Shown here piece by piece: positions 9,103 to 19,199 of a stretch of DNA of 64,000 nucleotides (position 1 is the first letter of the stretch; the number at the start of each line of letters is the position of its first letter). The stretch covers positions 124,001-188,000 of IMG/VR virus record IMGVR_UViG_3300034072_001021; one strand, written 5' to 3'. A program made the translations under genes and the position numbers. Below the pieces are notes generated by a model, which searched no databases, was not told the DNA's origin, and was given only the letters and a program-made list of their open reading frames with translations.

Positions 9103-10596
9103 ATGTCAGATAACAAGGAGAATAGCCCGTCAGTTGAGTACAGTGCGGTCTTGTATTCCGACGGTGGCTATCACAGCAATGAACGAGCTGGTGGATGGGG
9201 TATCCACGGCTATGTATTCAGTGCCAATGATCTACCGACTAAAGGGAGTGGCAACCCCAAGGCCACTCCGACTGCCCAAGGATACATCGACACCAAGGAT
9301 GAATCCAAGGCAGTCAAGGTTGTCCATTATGTCGATCAGTTTGGTGGCGTGCCTCGTGCCCGCAGCAACAACCAGACCGAACTGCTGGCAACCAAAGAGG
9401 CGCTCAGCTATGTCCTGGATAAGGGCATCAAGAGCACCATCATTTATTCTGATTCCCAGTATGTAGTCGAAGGTATCAACAAGTACCTGGATCGCTGGAA
9501 GCAGACTGGCTACACCAAACAGACTGGCGAAGAGATCGCTAACAAAGACGACTGGCAAGCCGTTGATGCATTACTCAACGAGCTGAAGGGTCGCAATAGC
9601 GAAGTCCGTCTGGCTTGGATCAAAGGACACAATGGCCACGCTGGTAACGAAATGGCTGACCAGTGGGCCGGTAAAGGGAATTGCATTGCCATCAATGGCT
9701 ATGACTTCTCGTTCAAGCTCGAAGAAAAGCCTGAGGGCTATTGGAAAAGCAACCCGTCGCAGAACCGGATGCTCGACCAGCCGAAATGGTACTTCACATC
9801 TCTGGTAGATGATCGTCTGATGAGTGCATGTGGTCGTCACGTGTATTGGACAGGTGATCACGGCGATGACGAAGATACCGGCAAGCCTCAATCGGATTAC
9901 AGCAACGCTGTGATCTACATGAAAGAACGTGTTGAAGTAATGGAGAAGGTCCGTGACCACTTCATTGCCGAAGATAAACAACAACTCGGTCATCTGTTCG
10001 TAGGTATCCTGCGTAACATCCTGAGTGGTGCTATCTCCGAAGACATCAACCGGTTTGGCATGACGGTCTTCCGTAAAAGTAAGGCCAACATGAGCCTGGT
10101 CTCTGACAATAAGTTGCCGGTCATTCATCATCAAACGCCGACAGGCCTGTCGTATTACAACATCGACAACCTGCAGGTCATGATGGAACGTTTGAACGAC
10201 TACATGAATGGTGATAAGGCCATCATTGTCACGGATTTGACCGACCTACTATATGAAGCCTCGGAAAAGAAAGGCGTTGTGACACGTAAGCTCCGCAAGG
10301 AGATCACCAACACGGTGAAACACCTGGACGTGTCAGTGAATTACAACACCGGTCTTGCTCGTGAGCTGAGGGCGATGGATGTGGTTCCAGTGAAGACGAC
10401 GAAAGTCCGACTGATACTGGGCGCAGACATCATAAGTAGGAATGCGCTGTCGGCACTCGCGGAATCCGTTAAGCGAGTGGTTACGTTGACCTGGCGTGAA
10501 TCTGACACGGTCTTCCGTTATGCAACGGTGATCGAGACAGAACACGACATCGGAATCTGGGCCAACCCGTTCGGCAATTTCAAACTGGTGAAATGA
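9103..10596 (+). CDS. RNase HI with long C-terminal extension (gp155-like)
   Basis: LYSDGG, SNNQTELLA, IYSDSQYVVEG, ANKDDWQ, WIKGHNGHAGNEMADQWA. Confidence 0.92.
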   Translation: MSDNKENSPSVEYSAVLYSDGGYHSNERAGGWGIHGYVFSANDLPTKGSGNPKATPTAQGYIDTKDESKAVKVVHYVDQFGGVPRARSNNQTELLATKEALSYVLDKGIKSTIIYSDSQYVVEGINKYLDRWKQTGYTKQTGEEIANKDDWQAVDALLNELKGRNSEVRLAWIKGHNGHAGNEMADQWAGKGNCIAINGYDFSFKLEEKPEGYWKSNPSQNRMLDQPKWYFTSLVDDRLMSACGRHVYWTGDHGDDEDTGKPQSDYSNAVIYMKERVEVMEKVRDHFIAEDKQQLGHLFVGILRNILSGAISEDINRFGMTVFRKSKANMSLVSDNKLPVIHHQTPTGLSYYNIDNLQVMMERLNDYMNGDKAIIVTDLTDLLYEASEKKGVVTRKLRKEITNTVKHLDVSVNYNTGLARELRAMDVVPVKTTKVRLILGADIISRNALSALAESVKRVVTLTWRESDTVFRYATVIETEHDIGIWANPFGNFKLVK

Positions 10597-10607
10597 CGGA
10601 CTAGCAT

Positions 10608-10988
10608 ATGTACCGATCTGTTGCGTTGAACCAATCGAACGGATTCTGGGACTGCTTCAAGCGGACATTGTTCGTGGCCAGTCTCTACTTCCGGTTGATT
10701 CGTAACTACAATCCTGACGATTCGATTCTCGCTGAATTTAATCGTCTGTTCTATCTGGTCAACGATGTACATAGTCTGTCCTTCCCGGCTATGGTCTGTC
10801 CGCTGCTGTGGAAAGATCAGATGGTCGATCAGATAGTACGTCATTGTGAACAGGGCGAGTTCAAGCAAGCGGTTGAACTGGTTTACGGTAAGGTGCCTAA
10901 ATGGCTCCGCTACCTCGACCGCGAAACCATGGTACGTGATGTAGAAAAGGTCTTGCGAAAATCCTACGACAAATGGGAGTTCGCTTGA
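10608..10988 (+). CDS. Hypothetical protein
   Basis: 126-aa ORF co-oriented with RNase H, followed by a hairpin. Confidence 0.65.
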   Translation: MYRSVALNQSNGFWDCFKRTLFVASLYFRLIRNYNPDDSILAEFNRLFYLVNDVHSLSFPAMVCPLLWKDQMVDQIVRHCEQGEFKQAVELVYGKVPKWLRYLDRETMVRDVEKVLRKSYDKWEFA

Positions 10989-10993
10989 GCCAG

Positions 10994-11036
10994 CGGCATA
11001 GATGGGAGGGACTCGTGCCCTCCCATCCACTTATGC
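10994..11036. terminator. Hairpin with CGGCATA flank
   Basis: CGGCATA-GATGGGAGGG-7 nt-CCCTCCCATC...TTATGC. Confidence 0.7.
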
Positions 11037-11043
11037 GGCACAA

Positions 11044-11868
11044 CTATTTTTTCAGCTCTGCAACGCTGTCTTTGACGGCTTCAGAGAACTGACGAATACG
11101 GAACAGAAGCACCCCATAAGACTCGACTTCTCGAGCAATCGTGAGGGTCAGTTCAACCAGTTCTTGGGTGGCTGTCTTGGATACGTTGGGGTTTTCCTCG
11201 ACCAGCGGGATCAGACTGCCAGACAGTTCCATGGTGCGAGCAATTGCCGCCTGGATCTTGGTGCTGGGATTGGCCTTATCCACTGCCATGATGTCGTTCA
11301 GGTTGCTCTTGGTAACCTTGACATCCTGCGCACGCTCGATAACCGAACCCAGTTGACGACGGATCTGTACCGAAGCAGGATCGAAGTAGGTCTTGCCGAT
11401 GGTGACCATGGCGTCAGTGAGACCAACGGTACGCGGGCCAGTGTGACCAACACCAGAAGCTGCACGCAGCACATCCGGGTTATGGATCACACGACCAATG
11501 GTCTCGTTGAACTGACGGATCATGTACTCGATCTTGACGGCCTTGGACATGGCGTCTTTCAGCGATTCGCTGTAAGGTACCCACTGACCAATAAAACCTT
11601 CAGGAACGATGATGTCCTTCGTGCTGGCATCAACGAAACCAACACGAGCAATGATCCCATCGAGATCATTTGACATCGGACGAAGAGCCGACAGGTTGCC
11701 GATGTTGATCTTGCTGAAGTAGGAGCTTACGCCGTTAAAGAACTGACTGAAGCGCTTCTTAGCGTCGAGCAGGAATGTGGGAGCTGCCATAGCTTCCATG
11801 GAGATATTGCGAGCAATGAACTCCAGCTGTTCGAGGCTCACTTCATCAAAAGAATCCGCGTGATGCAT
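11044..11868 (-). CDS. Virion head protein with propeptide (gp153-like)
   Basis: ATG 11868 with AGGAG RBS; N-terminal VSLE and ISME protease-type motifs. The ORF-track ATG at 11904 sits in a TATG late motif. Confidence 0.65.
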   Translation of the reverse strand: MHHADSFDEVSLEQLEFIARNISMEAMAAPTFLLDAKKRFSQFFNGVSSYFSKINIGNLSALRPMSNDLDGIIARVGFVDASTKDIIVPEGFIGQWVPYSESLKDAMSKAVKIEYMIRQFNETIGRVIHNPDVLRAASGVGHTGPRTVGLTDAMVTIGKTYFDPASVQIRRQLGSVIERAQDVKVTKSNLNDIMAVDKANPSTKIQAAIARTMELSGSLIPLVEENPNVSKTATQELVELTLTIAREVESYGVLLFRIRQFSEAVKDSVAELKK

Positions 11869-11950
11869 TGAGAGACTCCTTGTTAAAAGAAAGTGGTTTT
11901 TCATATCGTTTGCGCTAACCGATTACCATCTCCTTCTGGAAATGTAACCT

Positions 11951-13537
11951 ATGTCGAACAACCCGTTTGCCAAATTCAAGAAAGCACCGTCCATCCGTCC
12001 CATGTGGAACATTGGTGCGCTCTTCGATATCCAGACCGGAAAGTACTACAAGGGTAAGCACGGTGAATCCATCCTGTGCGGTGGCCTCAACCATTTTACC
12101 GGCGTAGCTGGCCTTCCGAACATGTTCAAGACCGTGATCTCTCTGTACCAGCTTGGTGCAGTGATGAACCGGGTCTCCCTTGCCATTATGATGGCACATG
12201 ACTCAGAGAATACGTTGTCTCCGGGCCGTATCATGACGGTATTCCGTCAGTTCCCTGAGTTGTTCGGTCAAGACTTGATCGAGAACAACCGCCTGCTGTT
12301 CACTGATGCCAACACCTATACCGGTAATGGTTGGTGGAACGCCATGCGTGAATACGCTGACGATCGTCGTGCTGACAAGTCGATCCTGATCACCACTCCG
12401 TTTGTCGATGAGACCAGTGGCGAACTGATCAAGATCCCGACCCCAACCCTGTGTTTCCTTGACTCCCTGTCCGGTCTGCAGACCGAAGGCGTCATGGACA
12501 TGTACGAGAAGGGCGATGTCGGTGGTAAAGAACTGAACATGGTCGCCATGAAAGGCGCTGGTGCGAAGAGCCAGCTGATCGATCAGGTGACTGCCGTGAC
12601 CGGCGGTTCTGGTGTACACTTCCTGATGACTGCTCACGTCGGTCAGGAATACCAGCTTGACATGTACAAACCGAACGTCAAGAAGCTCAAGTTCCTCAAG
12701 GGTGACCTCAAGCTCAAGAAGGTACCGGAGAACTTCTCCTTCCTGACCGCCAACTGCTGGTACTGCGTAGCACTGGTTCCGATGATCGACGCGGACAAGC
12801 TGCCTGAGTTCCCGCGTGACGAAGAAGACGATCTGAAGGGCGATACCGACCTGATCTGCATCACGTTGGTCAACCTGCGTGGTAAATCTGGCCCGTCCGG
12901 TATTCCGTTCGAAGTAGTGGTGTCTCAGTCAGAAGGTGTCAAACCGTCTCTGACAGAGTTCGTTTACTGCAAGGGTTACGAGTACTATGGTATCAGTGAC
13001 AAGGACGGTAACAAGGCCAAAGGTAAGCCGAACTTCCGCCTGGATCTGTACCCGTCGGTCAACATGACCCGTAAGTCGATTCGCGGTCTGATGGAAACCG
13101 ATGCTCGTCTTCAACGTGCCATGAACATCACTGCCGAGATGTGCATGATGAACAACCTCTGGCACGATCTGCCAGAAGGCCTCCTGTGCACGCCTAAGGA
13201 GCTTTACGACGACATCAAGGCCATGGGCTATGATTGGGACCTGTTGCTCGATACGCGCGGTTTCTGGCTGCCTCTGGAAGAGGAAGGTGTCTACAAGGAC
13301 ACTCCGTTCCTTTCTACCATGGACCTGCTGAACATGCGTGCTGGCACTTATCGTCCTTACTGGTACGATGCCGCCGCCAAGGCCAAAGGCGTGGCAGTAG
13401 CAACAATTGCTACTGTGTCTGAAGCTACCGCTGGAACTGAATCCGAAAAGATAGTCAGCCCGGCAGCAGCCAAAGCATCATCGGCAGCAGAACTGATGAA
13501 AAAGATCACGGCTCGTCAAGCTGAGAAGACGGCCTAA
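11951..13537 (+). CDS. uvsX: UvsX/RecA-like recombinase (gp152-like)
   Basis: Variant Walker A GLPNMFKT, DSE motif, Walker B-like CFLDSLS, MTAH; position between gp153-like and gp149-like genes. Confidence 0.8.
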   Translation: MSNNPFAKFKKAPSIRPMWNIGALFDIQTGKYYKGKHGESILCGGLNHFTGVAGLPNMFKTVISLYQLGAVMNRVSLAIMMAHDSENTLSPGRIMTVFRQFPELFGQDLIENNRLLFTDANTYTGNGWWNAMREYADDRRADKSILITTPFVDETSGELIKIPTPTLCFLDSLSGLQTEGVMDMYEKGDVGGKELNMVAMKGAGAKSQLIDQVTAVTGGSGVHFLMTAHVGQEYQLDMYKPNVKKLKFLKGDLKLKKVPENFSFLTANCWYCVALVPMIDADKLPEFPRDEEDDLKGDTDLICITLVNLRGKSGPSGIPFEVVVSQSEGVKPSLTEFVYCKGYEYYGISDKDGNKAKGKPNFRLDLYPSVNMTRKSIRGLMETDARLQRAMNITAEMCMMNNLWHDLPEGLLCTPKELYDDIKAMGYDWDLLLDTRGFWLPLEEEGVYKDTPFLSTMDLLNMRAGTYRPYWYDAAAKAKGVAVATIATVSEATAGTESEKIVSPAAAKASSAAELMKKITARQAEKTA

Positions 13538-13603
13538 TACTCTGAGGCTGGTGTGTCCCAGTGCACACCAGCCACTTCAACGACCATTCTGGAGGACATA
13601 GTC

Positions 13604-13885
13604 ATGTCCGAAAACGTAGTTACTGCTGTCGTCGACATGATCGCACAGCGCAATCCCGGCGCGGCAAACCGTTTTGCTCGCAAGTTCCACTGCAACTCCA
13701 ATGACTCGAAGGTACAGGTGAGTGAACTGAATCGCTTCTGGCGTGATCAGCTCTCCCTCCTGCACGTCTCCACTATCTCGGCACGCACTTGCCTGGTGGA
13801 CGACATTGCTCCGAGTGATTGGCTCCGTCACTTCGAACAACTGGTACTGCCGATCGTCGTTCAGCACGACCTGCCAGCAGCCTGA
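13604..13885 (+). CDS. Hypothetical protein
   Basis: ATG 13604 with GGAGG RBS. Confidence 0.65.
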   Translation: MSENVVTAVVDMIAQRNPGAANRFARKFHCNSNDSKVQVSELNRFWRDQLSLLHVSTISARTCLVDDIAPSDWLRHFEQLVLPIVVQHDLPAA

Positions 13886-13894
13886 GGTAAGTAT

Positions 13895-14599
13895 ATGGCC
13901 AGCCGTAAAGAACTCACGGAATTTATTGTCAACGCTATTGCGGGCATTATTCCGGGTGACACGTACAACTCTGAGCTGACCAAGAAGCGTCTTGATGAGA
14001 TGTCGGATACTGAATTCGATCAGTACATCCGTTCCCTCGCTAAGCCTGAAACCGAAGAAAGGCGTACACAGCAGGAGATCCTGCCGTTCTATTCGCCTAA
14101 CCTGAAAGATCCCCGGATCACCATGGACAACCTGTTGAAAGTTGCTGAGGACATCGGCCATCCTTTCTTCGAGCAAATCTGGCTCACAGATCCTCAGACA
14201 GGTACTACGTTCCTGACTCCGCAGAAGTATCTCGTGATCGACATGACGGTTCGTCGTCAAGCGCAGACACTGACCAAGAAATCGTCGATCCCTGAGAACG
14301 CTCGTCATGTTGACGAGATGTCTGGTCAGGTAACGGGTAAATCCAAAGGCTCCAAGATTTCTTTCCCCGAACTTCAGTCTCAACTCGCACAGGGTCTTGA
14401 AAACACTCTGATCGAAGAGATCAAGGTTCGCGGTGGAGACCGTGTATCTCAGCTGGAATTCGATCGCCAGTTGATTGAAAACGGTGAAGCCAGTATCGAA
14501 GATGTCACCTCTCACGGTGGCGTGACCAGTTCCACGTCGACTGTCTCGATCCTGTATCGTGGCATGATGCTCGACAACAACCTGGATGAAGTTCCATGA
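13895..14599 (+). CDS. Virion RNA polymerase beta subunit, C-terminal part (gp149-like)
   Basis: DPQTG, RRQAQ, SGQVTGKSKGSKISFPE and EEIKVRGGD correspond to RpoB C-terminal region motifs. Confidence 0.8.
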   Translation: MASRKELTEFIVNAIAGIIPGDTYNSELTKKRLDEMSDTEFDQYIRSLAKPETEERRTQQEILPFYSPNLKDPRITMDNLLKVAEDIGHPFFEQIWLTDPQTGTTFLTPQKYLVIDMTVRRQAQTLTKKSSIPENARHVDEMSGQVTGKSKGSKISFPELQSQLAQGLENTLIEEIKVRGGDRVSQLEFDRQLIENGEASIEDVTSHGGVTSSTSTVSILYRGMMLDNNLDEVP

Positions 14600-15084
14600 C
14601 CTACGCGGATAGTGATAAAGCTATTCTGCAGAACCACATCGCTGCGGTAGACGGTTGGATCAGCCTCTATCGTAGCGATGCTGTCAACGATGCTGTTGGC
14701 GCTGTAGAAATGGTGTTCAATGAACAGATTCCTGAAATCAGGCGTATTCGCTGGTTCAGTATCGCAAGTCCTGTAGAACTGCTCAACCTGTGGACTCGTT
14801 TCATTGAAACCGATGATGCGAACAAAGAGCGTAAAGAGAGTGTCTTCGACTTCTATGTCAATGGCACTGCCTATATGCAGCTGATGGCACCAATCGCATC
14901 CGCACAGGCGGATTCGTTTTATGCGCATGTTGCACATTCGCTCACATGGACTCAGCGTGCGGGTGTAGTACCGGACATTGTCCGTGAGAACAGCACCACC
15001 AAAGAAAATACAGTGAAAATGTTGAAGGACAACCCCTGGGCTCTCTTTCTTATTTTGCTATCCTTGATTCCACCGCGAGTCTGA
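14596..15084 (+). CDS. Hypothetical protein (gp148 position)
   Basis: ATGA overlap with the upstream gene; hydrophobic C-terminus. Confidence 0.65.
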   Translation: MTYADSDKAILQNHIAAVDGWISLYRSDAVNDAVGAVEMVFNEQIPEIRRIRWFSIASPVELLNLWTRFIETDDANKERKESVFDFYVNGTAYMQLMAPIASAQADSFYAHVAHSLTWTQRAGVVPDIVRENSTTKENTVKMLKDNPWALFLILLSLIPPRV

Positions 15085-15111
15085 TTGCTCTTTGGTTCAA
15101 CGATACATTAT
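15083..15111 (+). promoter_or_regulatory. Putative early promoter GATT-N16-ATACATTAT
   Basis: Bipartite motif shared with six other sites. Confidence 0.55.
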
Positions 15112-15125
15112 CAAGAGGATAAATC

Positions 15126-15857
15126 GTGAGAACAGATCTTACGATGATGCTGCAAATCGATGCCCTCTTTGATACGAGGATGGGCACCCTGCTTAAGCTT
15201 GATCCCGACGTGATGAAACACATCGACATTGTAGAGTATCGCAACCGCAATATCGATGATTTCGAGAAAATCACAAAAGGGCGAGTGACCAATGATGCGT
15301 ACAAGGAAGCTTACGCCAAACGCGATAACGAGACTCTGAGTAAGAGTATCGTCACAGGCATCCTGCCAATCCTGGATACGTATCTCTCAAGCATCAGTGA
15401 ACGTTATACGCGCAAGATCGACATCACCTCGGTGAGGATCGACATCAACACGTATCCGTACATCCTGCCAGGCCCTACCATTCAGGACATCAGGTCAGTT
15501 ATGTCGGCTCTGCTGCCACATTACACGACCATTGGTGTAGTGCGTCTGAGTCCTCACGAACTCACCCCAGAATTCATGAAGCGCTGTTACAATGGCTGGG
15601 CGATCTATGACTTCAACGAATGGTTGGAGATTCATCATGAGCGCCTACTTGCCCACTCAATTAACAGCGTGTCGGCCATAATCCCCAGGGTCCATTTGAA
15701 GGACCCTGGGGAGTTCCAAGTCGATAACGAATTCTTCATGGAAGCAGATCGTCACGGCTTATTCGAAATGGTGATGGAAGACTTCATTCACCTGGAGTGT
15801 ATTCCGGCATCGGACTTTTCGTTCCTTATGCCTGGGACGTACAAGCCAGCGAATTAG
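15126..15857 (+). CDS. Hypothetical protein (gp147 position)
   Basis: 243 aa, GAGGA RBS before a GTG start. Confidence 0.65.
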   Translation: MRTDLTMMLQIDALFDTRMGTLLKLDPDVMKHIDIVEYRNRNIDDFEKITKGRVTNDAYKEAYAKRDNETLSKSIVTGILPILDTYLSSISERYTRKIDITSVRIDINTYPYILPGPTIQDIRSVMSALLPHYTTIGVVRLSPHELTPEFMKRCYNGWAIYDFNEWLEIHHERLLAHSINSVSAIIPRVHLKDPGEFQVDNEFFMEADRHGLFEMVMEDFIHLECIPASDFSFLMPGTYKPAN

Positions 15858-16372
15858 TCGTCGTCACCTTCGCGCAGTTGTCGTTCAGATTCTTCAACCG
15901 AGGTCACGAAGTCGTCGTAGTTGACCGACTGCGTGCCTTGGGCAGTGATGTCCGGAACCAGAGTAGGTTCAGGCAGTGCTGCAGGATCTGGACGAGTCAC
16001 GCGTGGAGCTTGAGCACCTGCTGTGATATCCACAGCAAATGGGTTCTTGCCGCCCAGCATACGAAGCAGTTCGTTCTGGGCATTAGCCAGACGCTGCGAT
16101 TCATCGACTTGGCGTTCTTCCACATCGATCTTACGTGTGGTGAGTGCTGCGGTATCCAGATCACGAAGGAGCGACACAAAGTCCCGACTATCTTTATCGA
16201 TCTTCGGTACACCGTGTTGAAGCTCTTTCTTAACCATCGCAATACGAATGCTTTGCGTGGTTTTGATTACTTCAAGAGGGTCTGTTGAATCGCTGATTTG
16301 AAACGGGCCTTCCGAAAGATATTCGGCTTCGGCCGGCATCAGCTCACCCTCAATTGGGTTGAGTTCTGACAT
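15854..16372 (-). CDS. Hypothetical protein
   Basis: ATG 16372 with AGGAG RBS; TATG motif at 16399-16402(-). Confidence 0.65.
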   Translation of the reverse strand: MSELNPIEGELMPAEAEYLSEGPFQISDSTDPLEVIKTTQSIRIAMVKKELQHGVPKIDKDSRDFVSLLRDLDTAALTTRKIDVEERQVDESQRLANAQNELLRMLGGKNPFAVDITAGAQAPRVTRPDPAALPEPTLVPDITAQGTQSVNYDDFVTSVEESERQLREGDDD

Positions 16373-16429
16373 CGGAAAATCTCCTAAAAATAGTCGCACA
16401 TAGGATCAGCGTGTGATTTCGGAGTATTT

Positions 16430-16909
16430 ATGATCAAGTGGTTAACAGGATGGCTGTTCGGAGGCAGCGAAGAACCGCCAGAAACAGAAGACATCTATCA
16501 GAAAATCATCGAGGAAATAGGAGCAGACAATGAACTAAGCGACCTAAATTTCATCCCGGTAAAATCCCGTTCAGTCCTTATGACGTCTACCAGTAAAAGC
16601 TTGGTAGAGTTGCAAGAACTGTTAATCGAAAGTGCAGTGATTGTTTCAAAGCAGGATTACATCCCAACCAAATGGAAAGGGAAGTACGCCACTGTGATGA
16701 CACAACCACTAGACACGTATATCAGCGATGAAGATGACATCCTCCATCCGTTTGACTGGATCGAGAATCATCGTCATTATATCATTAAACTCGTCGACGC
16801 CGTCCTTAAAATGGATCGTGCGGAACGCGAGTACTATCAGCGTTTCATCAACTTCATTATCGTCGATATTCTTAACCTGCTTAATGCAAGTAAGGAATGT
16901 GTGCGGTAA
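16430..16909 (+). CDS. Hypothetical protein
   Basis: GGAG RBS, 159 aa. Confidence 0.65.
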   Translation: MIKWLTGWLFGGSEEPPETEDIYQKIIEEIGADNELSDLNFIPVKSRSVLMTSTSKSLVELQELLIESAVIVSKQDYIPTKWKGKYATVMTQPLDTYISDEDDILHPFDWIENHRHYIIKLVDAVLKMDRAEREYYQRFINFIIVDILNLLNASKECVR

Positions 16910-16926
16910 TTCATCGAGAATGAATC

Positions 16927-17487
16927 ATGAGCAAAGAACAACGCGAAATGATGGATTCCGAAGACAAGCTCATCAAGACTTCGGGAAACCCATTGACTTG
17001 GTTGTTTCGTATGGTCCTGGCTCTTCCAGAGCTTAAGGTGAACTCGGTAAGCTGGAACAGTCGTCTGACTCGCTTCCTGCAAAGCGAATGGTCGCGAGTA
17101 CCGAAGAACTCCAAGGACATCGGACAAGAGCGGAATAACTTCAACCGAGCCATCTCCAAGAACCACATCACGTTCAGAACTTTCCAGAAAGCCATCCAGA
17201 TTCTGGGACCTCTGCGGTATTCTATGAGTATCCGTATGGAAATGCGTGGTGGTAAGGTGTTGGAGGTGACCACACCCATGTTCGTAAACGACTTTGCGAA
17301 GATGGATGATCTCCAATCGAAGTACAAGACCTACGGGTCTGAAGCCGCTAACGCCGACATCATTGACTACAATGACGAAGACAACGAAGTAATCGCCACT
17401 AGCGATCAGTTCGATGAGACGATGGGCGAGATCCCCGGCGAGTTCTGGGCCGGTGAAGACGACCCGTGGGGCAAGTTCCCCAAATAA
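16927..17487 (+). CDS. Hypothetical protein with acidic tail
   Basis: 186-aa ORF in the same run of genes. Confidence 0.65.
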   Translation: MSKEQREMMDSEDKLIKTSGNPLTWLFRMVLALPELKVNSVSWNSRLTRFLQSEWSRVPKNSKDIGQERNNFNRAISKNHITFRTFQKAIQILGPLRYSMSIRMEMRGGKVLEVTTPMFVNDFAKMDDLQSKYKTYGSEAANADIIDYNDEDNEVIATSDQFDETMGEIPGEFWAGEDDPWGKFPK

Positions 17488-17531
17488 CTCTGGTTATCCG
17501 TCTCAGATAAGCTCATAACAGGAATGACATC

Positions 17532-18095
17532 ATGTCCGAAGAAGTAAACGCACCGGGTAACCAGCCCAACGAGATCGATCCCAGTCAGGACGGCGTGACT
17601 CATGTCAACGTCTATTCTCGTGGTGCGACTAGCCTTGGTCGCGCTCTGAGCAACATTGCCGAGTGCAATATCGATCACCCTTTCTACGGTCATTTCCGCT
17701 CTCTGGAGGGACTCTGGTTCTTCATGCGTACGGGTCACAAGAACGATGACTTCCGTATCATGAAGGGCATGAACGCCCGCACAGTCGGAAAGGACATGGA
17801 GGTAGTGCACTTCCCGATGTTCAACAAGATGTTCAAGTTGGGCATGCTGGAGAAGCTGGATCGCAATCCTCACCTCCAAAAGCAGTTGGTTGAAAACGAA
17901 CTGCCTCTGCAGCACTATTACGTCTACGGTAAGAAGGTGCTGCCTCAGACCCATCACCAGTGGCAACTCGATTACTGGATGCTGCTGCGTTCCTCTCTGA
18001 AGAATACAGGGTCTTTGGAAATGATTCGCAAGGAACTGATGGACAGCATCCGTTATCACATGGATGAAACCGCCAAGTCCGACGAGTCGAAATAA
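17532..18095 (+). CDS. NADAR/YbiA-like fold protein (tentative)
   Basis: LSN...GHFRSLEGLW...AR..GK...EKLDRNPHLQKQL resembles the NADAR motif pattern. Confidence 0.45.
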   Translation: MSEEVNAPGNQPNEIDPSQDGVTHVNVYSRGATSLGRALSNIAECNIDHPFYGHFRSLEGLWFFMRTGHKNDDFRIMKGMNARTVGKDMEVVHFPMFNKMFKLGMLEKLDRNPHLQKQLVENELPLQHYYVYGKKVLPQTHHQWQLDYWMLLRSSLKNTGSLEMIRKELMDSIRYHMDETAKSDESK

Positions 18096-18101
18096 GTGAT
18101 C

Positions 18102-18150
18102 AGTCAGTCGGGGATACGTCCCCGACTGATCTTACTTTTATTTTTTCTTT
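18102..18150 (+). terminator. Intrinsic terminator
   Basis: TCAGTCGGGGA-TACG-TCCCCGACTGA followed by T-rich sequence. Confidence 0.75.
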
Positions 18151-18162
18151 TCAGGTGAGCGC

Positions 18163-19161
18163 ATGTCACTCATTTCCAAACCGTTGTTCAGAACGAATAA
18201 CACAGAGAACCTTGAGGCTGCAGACGCCTACGACATCACGAACAATCGACCGATCAACAAGATCTACGAGTCGGCTAAGAGCGGTATTCGTGATCTAGTC
18301 GAAAGTGCGGGCGGTGCTCGAAACATCGGTAATAGCATCAGTGCTCTGGTGCAGATGAAACAAGCTGGCTATGGCGGTAAAGAGCTGCTTCAGGCCAGTC
18401 TTGGCATGTTTGGTACCAGTGTAGCGGGTCTACTCAAGACAACTGGAGGAGCTGTATTCGATAAGGCTGCAGCATTCATCGATCTTGATCCGAGTATCGT
18501 CGAAAAAGTCAAGATTGGCGGTAACTACGTTGCAGACGCACTTGAGTATGGCGATCCATCGCGCCTCGGTGACCTTCAGGGCTTAGTTGGCATCATGGGT
18601 GATATGGGACTCGATCCTGACACCCTAGAGATGATCAATATTGGTGTCGAGTCTGCCGTATGGGGTGCTGCTCTTGCTGGTGCATCGTCACTGAACTTGT
18701 TCGATTACTTCGATGCAGTGCGGGACAACACTGACCCAGATGTCTACTATCAGGCGGTTGTATTCGCATTGCCAACAGTAGCCGGCATGGGTTCATTGCA
18801 AGGTCTCGATGCCATGTTGTCTGCAGTTGGTGCTGAGAACATTCTAGTTAACCAACCAGACTTCATTCAGATCTTCATCAGCAATTTCACCATCCCTACT
18901 CCACAACCAGCTGACCTTAAAGCGTACGGTGTTGAGTTGGTAAACAAGTTGAAATTGATTGATCGGAACTGGTACACATATCAACGTGGCGAAGAGACCA
19001 TCATCGACTTCAAGTACATGTCGACTCCGTCTCGAGATGCAGTCCGTGTACTGGAGCTTCACGATGAGATCGGTCCTGCTATCCAGATTGCCCAAGGCTA
19101 TCCTGAGATCGCAGTGAGCGATTCCTTGCGGGAACAATTCCCACTGATGGTTGCACAATGA
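18163..19161 (+). CDS. Hypothetical, probably virion-associated protein
   Basis: 332-aa ORF convergent with the gp182-like gene. Confidence 0.6.
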   Translation: MSLISKPLFRTNNTENLEAADAYDITNNRPINKIYESAKSGIRDLVESAGGARNIGNSISALVQMKQAGYGGKELLQASLGMFGTSVAGLLKTTGGAVFDKAAAFIDLDPSIVEKVKIGGNYVADALEYGDPSRLGDLQGLVGIMGDMGLDPDTLEMINIGVESAVWGAALAGASSLNLFDYFDAVRDNTDPDVYYQAVVFALPTVAGMGSLQGLDAMLSAVGAENILVNQPDFIQIFISNFTIPTPQPADLKAYGVELVNKLKLIDRNWYTYQRGEETIIDFKYMSTPSRDAVRVLELHDEIGPAIQIAQGYPEIAVSDSLREQFPLMVAQ

Positions 19162-19199
19162 CATAAAGGCCAGGGGTAGTTCCCCTGGCCGATATGTCG
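19160..19199. terminator. Hairpin with GACATA/TATGTCG flanks
   Basis: GACATA-AA-GGCCAGGGG-TAGTT-CCCCTGGCC-GA-TATGTCG. Confidence 0.75.

Noticed and set aside
15126-15857. HAD-family phosphatase call (IDALFDT)
   Set aside because: It lacks the canonical DxD nucleophile motif and clear downstream motifs; left as hypothetical.
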